From a virus, in the IMG/VR virus record IMGVR_UViG_3300027906_000002, positions 96,001 to 160,000 of that record: a stretch of 64,000 nucleotides of DNA. One strand, given 5' to 3'. The notes beneath the pieces are model-generated. The model saw nothing but the letters and a program-made list of their open reading frames with translations. It had not been told where the DNA came from and searched no databases. The translations under genes were made by a program, and so were the position numbers. Shown here one piece after another: positions 1 to 9,777 of the stretch (within the stretch, counting starts at the first letter, position 1; the number at the start of each line of letters is the position of its first letter).

Positions 1-2
1 AT

Positions 3-3000
3 ACAGCAGTCAATATTACTGCTGTAACTCCAACATCAATTACTCTTGATGTAGGAACCTCAAGTAATACAACAACTCATGTATTCCAGAATGCGAATAA
101 TACATATTCACCTACTAATGCTTCTTACAATCCAAGTACAGGTGTTATGACATTAACCCTTGCTAACCACGGATTTGTTAATGGTGAGCATGTTAAGATT
201 TCTGATGGTGGATTGAAGTTTACTTGTGCTCATGACGATTATGCAACAACTCATGCATATCCACGTTCTACTGACCCTGTAAGTAATAAGTGGATCCCAA
301 TTTCTAATGTACAGACTAATACATTTGATATACAGGTATTGGATGTAGTTCCTTCTACTAATATAACCGCACATACTTTCCATTCTGTAGTTGCTAATTG
401 TCTTACTAGATCAGTTATTACTACTGGTGGTGATTATACACATACATTTGTAGGTAACCAAGGTTCTAATACTGTTTCATATACTCCACAAGCATCACAT
501 ACATTCGTATCTTGTGATGCTGGAGCAGTTAAGCACCAATTAACAATACACGATTTTGCACAAACAACTGCAAATGGAATTAAGGTTCTTAATTATAATA
601 CATCCGATTGTACTGATGTACAAACAACTATAGAGAACTTAATTAGTATTGTTACAGATACTTTAGATGCTGCACTACAAAATCCACCTCTTGATTATCT
701 TGGTAGTCTTGTTAGATATTCACCTCCACATGAATTCCTTGGTGGTAGAATATACTCTTACTATGAAGAAGAGTTCCCAATTAATTGGCATGATGGTACA
801 GAAGATATCATGTTTACTAATCAGATTGGTCCTGCAGGTAAGTACAGATTTGTAGATGCTGCCAATTTAGTTCAGTTAAATGCTGGTCCTATTGTAGATA
901 AAGCATCAAACGATATGCTTACTTTATATCCAGATCTTGCTTTGGATATGCCTAGAAACTTTGATGGAAGTGGTGCTGGTACATTACAATGTAAGACTGA
1001 CTTAGCGTTAATTCTTCAAGAATTCATTAAGGATCTTAGGGATGGTGGTAATTTCAATACTGTGAATGTTGCTAAGAGATATCTTGGTAGTAATGATATT
1101 CTATTACACATTCGCTTACAGGCATTCCAATCTGCATATGCTCATGAGCGTCTTGCATATTACATGAAGCAAGCAGTTAATGGTGATTTAACAACAGGTA
1201 ATACTGATAAGATCGTTGTTGGTGCTTGGGGTATTACTCAATCTAATTCAGCATCATTCACTCCAACTGGAGCAACTTATGAGCCAACAACAGGTGACTT
1301 AGTGTTAACTATTGGTTCTCATACCTTAGTTAAAGGTAGAATGATAAGAATCGCAACTGATGGATTAACATTCACTTGTGCTCTTGCTGGTGGTAACCAC
1401 ACATATCCTAGAATTACAGACCCTGTATATCTACAGAATATTGAGATTACTGATGTAACAGCTACCACAATTACTGTTAATGTTGGAATTTCTTCTAACA
1501 CTTCATTACATACATTCGTATCTTCTGTTACTGATTCAGTAACTGCTCCTGGAGATTGTACAAACGTTACTACTGCTATTGATAACTTAGTAACTATTGC
1601 AAACGATATCATTGCTCCTACAAATGCTGATTTTGCAATTGCTGCTGATAGACTTTACTTTAATAGAGATGGTATTGCGGATGAGATTACTGCTCTAACA
1701 CGAGTAGAGTTTACTTACATGTTAGATACCTCTCAACAGTTTGCATTCTCTTATCCAGAACCAGGTGGAGAAACTACATGTGCTAGAGACTTGAAACTCA
1801 TTATATTGGGTATTATTTCTGACTTGCAGACTGGTGGTAATAATAGTACTGTTGCTGCAATGGAATACTACTTATCTTCTGCGATGCAAGTCATTAACGT
1901 TGAAGATGAACTTCTAGCAACAGTTTATGCTATAGAGCAATTAGGATGGTTATGTGAGCATGCTGCTAAAGGTGAGTTAAGAGTTAAAGGTGGATCATCA
2001 GTTCCTCCTCTTTATGCTTACCTACATTCAGCTGATACTCCATATAGTGATAGTGAAACACCTACTGATATGTCAGTAGTTGGAACTAGAATTAAAGAAT
2101 TGGTTAATACCGCAATTAATATTCTCGTTCCAGGTAAGAGACCTATGAGAGGTGCTGCTAAGAACTTAATTTTCAATAGAGGATACTATAAAGAAGAAAT
2201 TACAACTCTAGTTAATGCACAGTTTGGTACTAATACTTGGTTATACAATGATTGGGTTGATAGTATTATTACTAACATGAGTCACGATTTGTTAACTACA
2301 GATATTAGTGATTCTATTATTGCTCATGATATATCAATTGAAAGTGTTATTGGAAGATTTGAAGTTGGTGAATTAATCACTTCAGATAAAGGAACTGCTA
2401 AAGTTTTAGAATATAATTCAGAAACTAACTTATTAATTGTTGGTGAATTTGTGGGAACTCCTTGGGGATCTAATACTTCATTAACTGGAACAAAATCTAG
2501 TGCATTAGCAACTGTTTCTGTCAATGGTGTTGGTAGTAGTTACACTTGGTTTAATTCACCAGGTAATGTAAGGACAATAAATTTTGCTAAAAATATTACA
2601 TCAAATATTTCTGGTCAAGTTTCTGGTATTAACTTATTCACAAATCCAGAATTGTTTGTACCTAATTGGACAGGTACTGGAGTTGGATTTAGTGATAACT
2701 TTACAGTTGCACCAGACAATACCAGTACTGCAACTAAATTAATTTCTAGTAATACTGGTGGTGAGCATACTGTTGATAGATTATATAACTTAACTGCATT
2801 TGATACATGGGATGATGGTGGTATTACGTTTGACGATACTACAAATAGTTTTGATGAAGGTGGTTCTGGTACTGGTGATGATCAGCAATATACATTCTCA
2901 TGCTTCTTTAAGAAGGCAGAATATGAGCAAGTAAGATTCCATATCATACTTGATGATGGAACTGCTGGAGAACAAAGTATATTCTTTGATCTTAATATGA

Positions 3001-5525
3001 ATACTGGTAACACAGGTACTTTGTTTATACCTCAAGGTGGTATATCAGGTGATGCTTATGGTGCTGTTCCTTATGGTGGCGGTTGGTATAGAGCATATGT
3101 TACAACAACATTCTCATTTGGATTTACTGAACTTAAGGCTAGAATTAACGTAGCAAATGAAAATAATCAGATATCATATACTGGTGATGGGAGTAAGGGT
3201 GTTTATGCTTGGGGTTCAAAACTTTCTAAGGGTACGTTAGATCCATATACTTCTGCTTCTGATGGAATATTCTATGCTGATGGTGAGTTTAATATTAAGA
3301 GATACGCATTAGATAGATTGGAAGAATATATCATTGCTGCAATGACTGATGGTCTTACAAGTCCATCTCCTGAAGCAGGATATTTAAAATTCTTCTCTGC
3401 TGATGCTGCTGGATATTATGATATTAGATCTGTAAGTAGAGTTGTACGTGATAATCTTAAATTACTCAGTGAGCAATTAGCAGTTGATACTTATTATACT
3501 ACTGTTACAGTTAACAATGGAATTACAATTCCTACTTACACATATGGTACTAGAGAATTGCCAGTTGGATTAGGTGGTGGATTAAAACCTTCGGATTACT
3601 TATATGGTACTGCTAGTGATAGTTACGCTGAATTAGAAACTATTGTTCCTAACAAAGGTGAGATTGTTAAGATCTATCAGAGATTCCGTTTTGATGGTGA
3701 TGTGGTTGATGGTCCTTGGGTCATGAACGAGACAGTTGCTAAGAATGGTGACGCAACCGTTACTGGTGTTATATACGCAATTCATGAGGATGAGAACTTT
3801 AGTTACATGGATATTGAAGTTACTGGTAATCCTTGGGCTATCACTGATTATGTTGTTGGTTCTACAAATAACACAACAGCACAGATTAGTTTGATAGAGG
3901 ATCGTATACAAATTATCGATCTTGATGGTGAGTTTGATGCAACAGTACCATTTAAAGGATATACCAGTGGCGGTACTGCTACTCCTACTAGCTTCCTTAG
4001 AAATGAGGCTGCTATACTTAATAATACTGGTGGTACTTTAACGGTTGATACTGAGACTCTTGTTGGTTCATTTGAAAAAACTTCTGTTGTTTATCCAGAA
4101 ACTTCCAGACAATTTGTTACTGTAAGTAAATATAATGGTTTAGATGTTGGTGTTGGTGACAGAATCGCATCAAATGGATATGTCAGAATTGGTATTTCTA
4201 TTATTAGTGATCTAAATCAATTTAGTGTTGGTAACAGACTTTATAAAGTTGTTGGTGGTGTTGCTGATCAAAATAATTATGCAATTATTACTGAGGTTGA
4301 TATAGATAACAACTTCCTTTATATCGCTGATTACCAAGGAGATAATCTTACAAATGGTGATCTCGTAGGTGACTATGGTCTTGGTGGTAACTTCCCTGTA
4401 GGTTACGCATCAGTAATTACTAGAGTTGAAACTCCTGGTGCTGGTGCTGCATTAGTACAAGACATACGTCCAGATGGTCAGTACAAGAGATTGTATTTAA
4501 GTGATATTATAGGATCATTTGATCTTAAGGATTCTGTTATTGGACCTGGAGATTATAAGGCAGCAGTTCAAGCTAAAGTTGATCTTAATGCACGTGTTAA
4601 GAGAGCATTCAAAGGATTTGATGGAGTACAAGATACATTCAATCTAACGATTGATAATGGTGTTAATTACCTCCCAGATCCTGAAGGACATCTTCTTGTA
4701 TACGTCAATGGTATTCTACAACCTCCAGGTGGTACTAACGCATATACAGCGTTCTCTAACCAGATTCAATTCACTGAAGCACCAGAGATAGGTGCATCAT
4801 TCACAGGATTCTACGTTGGTAAGTTAAGACAGTTAGATGATATCTCCTTCGAGTTTGACTCTTTACGTCAGTCATTCAACCTTAAGCGTAATGATGTATT
4901 CTACTCACTAACGCTAACAGAAGGTGTCCAGTCTTCTACAATACGTCCAGAAAATAATATTATTGTTTCACTTAACGGTGTTGTACAGGAGCCAGGCGTA
5001 GGTTTCGAGATCGTTGGTTCTAGAATAATCTTCTCTGAGATTCCTCGTGTGGGATCAACATTCGTTGCCTTCTCCTACGTTGGTTCTGAGGCAGACGTTG
5101 ATGCTGCTGAGGTCGTACCACCTATCGAACCAGGTGACTTTATTGACATCCAAGGTGAGACCGCAGACAGAGAAGTTGCTGTTATTGAGTCTTCCAACTC
5201 TCTAATTACTTTCGACTATCTTGGTTCTGTATTCGGACAAAATGCTAAGGCATCTGCAAATCTAACTGCAGGGTTTATTAATGATGTTCAGGTAACATCT
5301 GGTGGTTCTGGATATACAGCTAGACCGAATGTTAGAATCGATTCTATATCTGGATTTGATGGAAACATCAGAGCATTGATCGGGGTTGCAGGTGTTGAAA
5401 TGAATAATGCTGGATCTGGATATAAGGATCCAAAAATTGAAGTTGAAACAACTGTTCCTCTTGATTGGAATGCACCTAATCTTGCAGATTATGGTGAAGA
5501 AGAGGTAGACCCCGAAACACCATAA
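3..5525 (+). CDS. Giant virion structural protein (baseplate/tail-associated), 5'-truncated by the window edge
   Basis: The frame of ORF 147..5525 is open from base 3, so the true start lies upstream. T/G/S-rich with repeated TFTC..HTYPR.TDP modules and a C-terminal 'FDG...F.L...VNGILQ.P' region typical of cyanomyovirus structural proteins. Confidence 0.75.
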   Translation, partial: TAVNITAVTPTSITLDVGTSSNTTTHVFQNANNTYSPTNASYNPSTGVMTLTLANHGFVNGEHVKISDGGLKFTCAHDDYATTHAYPRSTDPVSNKWIPISNVQTNTFDIQVLDVVPSTNITAHTFHSVVANCLTRSVITTGGDYTHTFVGNQGSNTVSYTPQASHTFVSCDAGAVKHQLTIHDFAQTTANGIKVLNYNTSDCTDVQTTIENLISIVTDTLDAALQNPPLDYLGSLVRYSPPHEFLGGRIYSYYEEEFPINWHDGTEDIMFTNQIGPAGKYRFVDAANLVQLNAGPIVDKASNDMLTLYPDLALDMPRNFDGSGAGTLQCKTDLALILQEFIKDLRDGGNFNTVNVAKRYLGSNDILLHIRLQAFQSAYAHERLAYYMKQAVNGDLTTGNTDKIVVGAWGITQSNSASFTPTGATYEPTTGDLVLTIGSHTLVKGRMIRIATDGLTFTCALAGGNHTYPRITDPVYLQNIEITDVTATTITVNVGISSNTSLHTFVSSVTDSVTAPGDCTNVTTAIDNLVTIANDIIAPTNADFAIAADRLYFNRDGIADEITALTRVEFTYMLDTSQQFAFSYPEPGGETTCARDLKLIILGIISDLQTGGNNSTVAAMEYYLSSAMQVINVEDELLATVYAIEQLGWLCEHAAKGELRVKGGSSVPPLYAYLHSADTPYSDSETPTDMSVVGTRIKELVNTAINILVPGKRPMRGAAKNLIFNRGYYKEEITTLVNAQFGTNTWLYNDWVDSIITNMSHDLLTTDISDSIIAHDISIESVIGRFEVGELITSDKGTAKVLEYNSETNLLIVGEFVGTPWGSNTSLTGTKSSALATVSVNGVGSSYTWFNSPGNVRTINFAKNITSNISGQVSGINLFTNPELFVPNWTGTGVGFSDNFTVAPDNTSTATKLISSNTGGEHTVDRLYNLTAFDTWDDGGITFDDTTNSFDEGGSGTGDDQQYTFSCFFKKAEYEQVRFHIILDDGTAGEQSIFFDLNMNTGNTGTLFIPQGGISGDAYGAVPYGGGWYRAYVTTTFSFGFTELKARINVANENNQISYTGDGSKGVYAWGSKLSKGTLDPYTSASDGIFYADGEFNIKRYALDRLEEYIIAAMTDGLTSPSPEAGYLKFFSADAAGYYDIRSVSRVVRDNLKLLSEQLAVDTYYTTVTVNNGITIPTYTYGTRELPVGLGGGLKPSDYLYGTASDSYAELETIVPNKGEIVKIYQRFRFDGDVVDGPWVMNETVAKNGDATVTGVIYAIHEDENFSYMDIEVTGNPWAITDYVVGSTNNTTAQISLIEDRIQIIDLDGEFDATVPFKGYTSGGTATPTSFLRNEAAILNNTGGTLTVDTETLVGSFEKTSVVYPETSRQFVTVSKYNGLDVGVGDRIASNGYVRIGISIISDLNQFSVGNRLYKVVGGVADQNNYAIITEVDIDNNFLYIADYQGDNLTNGDLVGDYGLGGNFPVGYASVITRVETPGAGAALVQDIRPDGQYKRLYLSDIIGSFDLKDSVIGPGDYKAAVQAKVDLNARVKRAFKGFDGVQDTFNLTIDNGVNYLPDPEGHLLVYVNGILQPPGGTNAYTAFSNQIQFTEAPEIGASFTGFYVGKLRQLDDISFEFDSLRQSFNLKRNDVFYSLTLTEGVQSSTIRPENNIIVSLNGVVQEPGVGFEIVGSRIIFSEIPRVGSTFVAFSYVGSEADVDAAEVVPPIEPGDFIDIQGETADREVAVIESSNSLITFDYLGSVFGQNAKASANLTAGFINDVQVTSGGSGYTARPNVRIDSISGFDGNIRALIGVAGVEMNNAGSGYKDPKIEVETTVPLDWNAPNLADYGEEEVDPETP

Positions 5526-5528
5526 ATA
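5521..5528 (+). promoter_or_regulatory. T4-type late promoter (CATAAATA)
   Basis: Matches the gp55-dependent (T/C)ATAAATA box; overlaps the upstream TAA stop; 20 nt before the next ATG. Confidence 0.7.
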
Positions 5529-5547
5529 ACTAAAAATGTAGCGAGTA

Positions 5548-6774
5548 ATGGCCAAACAATCACTAAATCTTGGTACGGTAGCTAATGATAACACAGGGGA
5601 TACCCTGCGTGGTGGAGGCGACAAGATAAACGATAATTTTAATGAAGTATATTCTGCTATTGGTAATGGTACTAATATAACTGTTGATGTTACTAACCCT
5701 GCAGTGGGGCAGGTATTGAGGTACAATGGATCTCTATTCGCTCCATCTGATTATGCTAATTTAACATCATCAATGGATGTTAATGGAAACTCTATAGTTT
5801 CTTCTAGTGGTGGAGATATTAATATTGCATGCAATGGTACTGGTAACCTGACACTTGGTGTAGGTGGTATTAATAATACTTTTAATGGTACTGATGGCGT
5901 TATTGATATGCCAACAAAGGTTAAGTATAAGAATGAATTTTCCGCATTAGGAAATGCTCCTTCTGCTGCATCTTACGGAGGTTATTTTTTCACTGTTGAT
6001 GGTGATGATAATCCTTATGTGAATATTAATATTACTACTGGTGGTGTTGGAGATGTTAGAGCAAAGATAGCAACTGAATATTCTAGTATTGATTTATTAG
6101 GGGATGTAGATACTACAACTGCAGCTCCTACAAACTTACAAGTTTTAAAGTGGAGTGCATCTGCAAGTAAATGGACTCCTCAAGATGATGAATCTGGTCT
6201 TTCATCATTGAACACATGGGCAGTTATTGATGGTGATACTGGATCTACAACAGCAAATGCACAAGCAGATACGTTAACTATTGCTGGTGGAACTAATATA
6301 ACAACGACAGTTGTTGGTGATACCTTAACAGTAGATTTTAGTGGTACTTTAACTACTACTTTAGCAGCATTATCTGATACTGATTTATCTACAGTAGTTC
6401 AAGGGGATTCATTATTCTATAATGGTACTAATTGGATTCCTACTAGGAGTCCAATTACCTGGTGGGAATTGAATGCTAATGGTGCATCAGACTACACATT
6501 TAATGGACCTGGATTTGCATCTGCTACTGCTGACGCAACTCTTTATGTTATGAGGGGTCAAACATATGCTTTTGACAATACTGTTCAAGCAACTGCACAC
6601 CCATTTAGAATTCAAAGTACTCAAGGTTTGACAGGAACTCCTTATACTACAGGACAGACTGGTAGTGGAACAGGTGTTCTTTATTGGACAGTTCCTATGG
6701 GTTCACCTAGTACTCTTTATTATCAATGTACACTCCATGCAGCGATGCAAGGAACTATTAACGTAGTTGGTTAG
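5548..6774 (+). CDS. Baseplate/tail-fibre connector-like protein: gp9/gp10-type N-terminus, C-terminal cupredoxin-like domain
   Basis: N-terminus MAKQSLNLGTVANDNTGDTLRGGGDKINDNF matches the T4 gp9/gp10 N-terminal motif; C-terminus has HPF...YYQCTLHAAMQG. Confidence 0.7.
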   Translation: MAKQSLNLGTVANDNTGDTLRGGGDKINDNFNEVYSAIGNGTNITVDVTNPAVGQVLRYNGSLFAPSDYANLTSSMDVNGNSIVSSSGGDINIACNGTGNLTLGVGGINNTFNGTDGVIDMPTKVKYKNEFSALGNAPSAASYGGYFFTVDGDDNPYVNINITTGGVGDVRAKIATEYSSIDLLGDVDTTTAAPTNLQVLKWSASASKWTPQDDESGLSSLNTWAVIDGDTGSTTANAQADTLTIAGGTNITTTVVGDTLTVDFSGTLTTTLAALSDTDLSTVVQGDSLFYNGTNWIPTRSPITWWELNANGASDYTFNGPGFASATADATLYVMRGQTYAFDNTVQATAHPFRIQSTQGLTGTPYTTGQTGSGTGVLYWTVPMGSPSTLYYQCTLHAAMQGTINVVG

Positions 6775-6780
6775 TAAGAT

Positions 6781-9777
6781 ATGGCAAGAACTGTTCCTGG
6801 ATCTGGTGCTGTAATTGAACCTATATTTGACGAAAAATTTGGTGTTCGTGCAATACAAGTAGTTGATGGTGGTATAGGTTATGATGTAACCAATCCTCCA
6901 CGATTGACTGTTACTGGATGTGGTACTCCGACTCAGGAAGCACTTCTATATCCAATTATTGATGAGTTATCTGGAAGGATAGTTCATGTTAGAGTTTTAG
7001 AAAGAGGTCTTGGATACGACCCTCTTAGATTGCAGATAATACCTACACAAGACACACCAACTGTCGTTCGTTCTTTTGATATCAATAGGATATGGCAGTC
7101 ACATCCCAATTCACCCACATCTGGTTTATTCACTTCCGATAGTGACAGACTGAGAATACAAAGTGATAATCATCCAAAACCAACACCACTATTAGCAGAG
7201 AGAGCTCCTGGTGGTGGATCTGGTGGTACTCTTGCTCAGTATACACCTTCAGCAATTAACTACAATCCTACTACTGGTTTAATGGAAATGACCATTGGTA
7301 GTCATAGTTATACTACAGGTGATAGCATTAAAATTGGAACTGATTCATTAACATTTACTTGTGCGTTAGATGATCATGGAACCGATCATACATATCCTCG
7401 TGCAACTGATCCAGTAGCAGGTGTTGCTATACCAATTCTTTCTACAACATCTACAACTATTACAGTACAAGTACTGGGTGTTGCTCCTGCAACTAATACC
7501 AGTGCTCATACCTTTAAGTCTGCTACTTTTGGTGCAGTTAGTAGTGGTGGATCATTAGTAGATCGTTCATTTGATCAAACTTACATTTATAGGGGTGGTA
7601 AAGATGCTCCGAATCCTGATGCTAGAGAAGAGCAACTTAATAAGGCATTAGGTCTATTGGCAAATGGAGTTCAACTTCATACTCCAGAATGGGGTCAAGC
7701 TGGCAATCCTACTCCTGGATTTTCAATTGATTCAGTTAAACATTCGCATATTAAAAGTAATACTTCTTCTGATGCAGTAATAGATGGTAACACTTATTAC
7801 TATCAATCATCTAGATTGATTTCTGAGTTTGCTGAACATAATGGTGTGTTTGATTGGGGTAAGATTAGACCTTTTACTTGGAATATAAAAACAGAATTTG
7901 ACAACTTGATGTTTGAGGTTGGTAGTGTTGATGAAACTTTAGGTGTAGTTGAGATTGGTAGGACTATAGATGCTATAGCTACCACTGCTAAAGCAGAAAT
8001 TGCGAAGATTGTAAGAAATAATTTAGGAAGTATAACCCACATTTATGTTAGAAATATAAGAGGGTCTGATGAATTTGCTGAGAATAATGTTGTTTTGGGA
8101 TCTACTGGATTTAGTTTTAAAATATTAGAACCACCAACAGAGTTAACTAACGGTATTTTTTATATTGATTTTGGTCCAGATGCTACAGAGTTTGGTCCTT
8201 TTGTTGATGGTCAATATTACTTTGCACCAGAAAATATTAAGGTGCAAAGAAATTATTTAATTATTTGGAATCAGACCGATTCAACTAATCAACCTTCTGG
8301 GAATCATCCTCATGGACATCCTATGCAGTTTAGTACCACACAGGATGGGTTGTTAAATGGTGGTAGTTTATATTATAAGAGTACGGGAGTAACAGAAGCA
8401 CCATCTACAGATTATGAAAATGAGTTTAAACCTCTATTCATAATGAATGGTGATGAGAATAGTAGAATTTATTATTACTGTAAGTATCACAGATATATGT
8501 CTGGGTATGAAGGTCATGAAGGATATATGACTTTGGATCTAGAAATAGATGATGATCCTTTACCTAATGATTATTATATTACAGACTATTATCAGAGTGA
8601 TGATAGTGATCCTAATACGATAAATTATTCACGGCATGCTGATGGTCATTCTAAAATATTAGGAATGGCATTTGATGGATATCCAATTTATGGACCTTAT
8701 GGATATGATTTAAGTGGTACTAGTGTTTTAGATACTATCCCAGTTTTATCTGAATATGCTGGTCTTTTCTTCCAGGTTGGTAATGGTTACCCAACTTCAA
8801 ATAACGATCCTGCACAAACTGGTACTGGTTGTATTGTTGATGTAGTTACAATTGGTACTTATCAGCCTGGTGGTATTCTTACAATTAGGATAGCTGAAGG
8901 TGGAAGTGGATATGCTATTGGTGATAAAATTAGAATCCTTCATAAGTATGATGGAGCATTGGTATCTGGATATTCGCATAGTTCTTGGAATGCTAATCCA
9001 GATAGAACTGAAGGAGTATATGGTGAAGTTGGTACTGCGTCTGAATTCACAATTCCAGCTTCATGGACTTCTGCTAATGGTGTTGGTGGTAAACCTAAAG
9101 TTACTGTTGCTGCTGATGGTTCTATAAGTGGTTTTACTATGGGTGGCAATGGACCTGAGGCAATACCTGGACCAGATGGTAATATGGGATATAATTATGT
9201 CGAAGATGAGGAGTTTACTATTCCTGGTAATTACATTGGTGGATCTACTCCTGCAGGTGATATACTAGTCAGAGTTGCTTGGGCTACTGATGATGATAGT
9301 GGAGTTGCTGAAATTACTTCTGTAGGTACTGGTCTTAAAAGAGAAGTTACTGGATTTAGATACAGAGTAGGTGATGAATTAGCTGGTGCTAGACCTGATG
9401 TAGTTACTCCAGAAACTATAACTTATGTTGTAACAGTTGCTAATGGTGAGTTTAATATTGGTGGTAGTACTGTTCCTTTCTTAAGTTTATGGAGAGGAAA
9501 GACATATGTATTCCAACAGAATGATTCTAGTAATGATAATGAACAGTTATTAATATCTACTACTGATGATGGATGGCATGCTGGCACTCCACCAGATACA
9601 ACATATCTTTTTGAAGGACCAGGTATTACCTATTGGTTAGAAGGATCTGAAGTAACTTATAGTGCTTATATTAGTGGGTTTAATGCTGCTACTGCAAGAG
9701 AGATAAGATTTGAAGTACCTGTAAATCTCCTCTTGCTTTGTATACCTTTGGTTATACAACTTCTGGTATTGGTATAA
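6781..9777 (+). CDS. gp7: Baseplate wedge initiator gp7-like, N-terminal part (frameshifted near 9725)
   Basis: MARTVPGSGAVIEPIF start, YHYH-type motif HSKILGMAFDGYPIYGPYGY, position directly upstream of gp8. The last ~17 aa (LLLLCIPLVIQLLVLV) look out of frame. Confidence 0.7.
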   Translation: MARTVPGSGAVIEPIFDEKFGVRAIQVVDGGIGYDVTNPPRLTVTGCGTPTQEALLYPIIDELSGRIVHVRVLERGLGYDPLRLQIIPTQDTPTVVRSFDINRIWQSHPNSPTSGLFTSDSDRLRIQSDNHPKPTPLLAERAPGGGSGGTLAQYTPSAINYNPTTGLMEMTIGSHSYTTGDSIKIGTDSLTFTCALDDHGTDHTYPRATDPVAGVAIPILSTTSTTITVQVLGVAPATNTSAHTFKSATFGAVSSGGSLVDRSFDQTYIYRGGKDAPNPDAREEQLNKALGLLANGVQLHTPEWGQAGNPTPGFSIDSVKHSHIKSNTSSDAVIDGNTYYYQSSRLISEFAEHNGVFDWGKIRPFTWNIKTEFDNLMFEVGSVDETLGVVEIGRTIDAIATTAKAEIAKIVRNNLGSITHIYVRNIRGSDEFAENNVVLGSTGFSFKILEPPTELTNGIFYIDFGPDATEFGPFVDGQYYFAPENIKVQRNYLIIWNQTDSTNQPSGNHPHGHPMQFSTTQDGLLNGGSLYYKSTGVTEAPSTDYENEFKPLFIMNGDENSRIYYYCKYHRYMSGYEGHEGYMTLDLEIDDDPLPNDYYITDYYQSDDSDPNTINYSRHADGHSKILGMAFDGYPIYGPYGYDLSGTSVLDTIPVLSEYAGLFFQVGNGYPTSNNDPAQTGTGCIVDVVTIGTYQPGGILTIRIAEGGSGYAIGDKIRILHKYDGALVSGYSHSSWNANPDRTEGVYGEVGTASEFTIPASWTSANGVGGKPKVTVAADGSISGFTMGGNGPEAIPGPDGNMGYNYVEDEEFTIPGNYIGGSTPAGDILVRVAWATDDDSGVAEITSVGTGLKREVTGFRYRVGDELAGARPDVVTPETITYVVTVANGEFNIGGSTVPFLSLWRGKTYVFQQNDSSNDNEQLLISTTDDGWHAGTPPDTTYLFEGPGITYWLEGSEVTYSAYISGFNAATAREIRFEVPVNLLLLCIPLVIQLLVLV

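Noticed and set aside
9714-9777. Programmed -1 ribosomal frameshift in gp7
   Set aside because: No slippery heptamer or obvious stimulatory structure; a single-base indel explains it. Kept as a finding pending read inspection.
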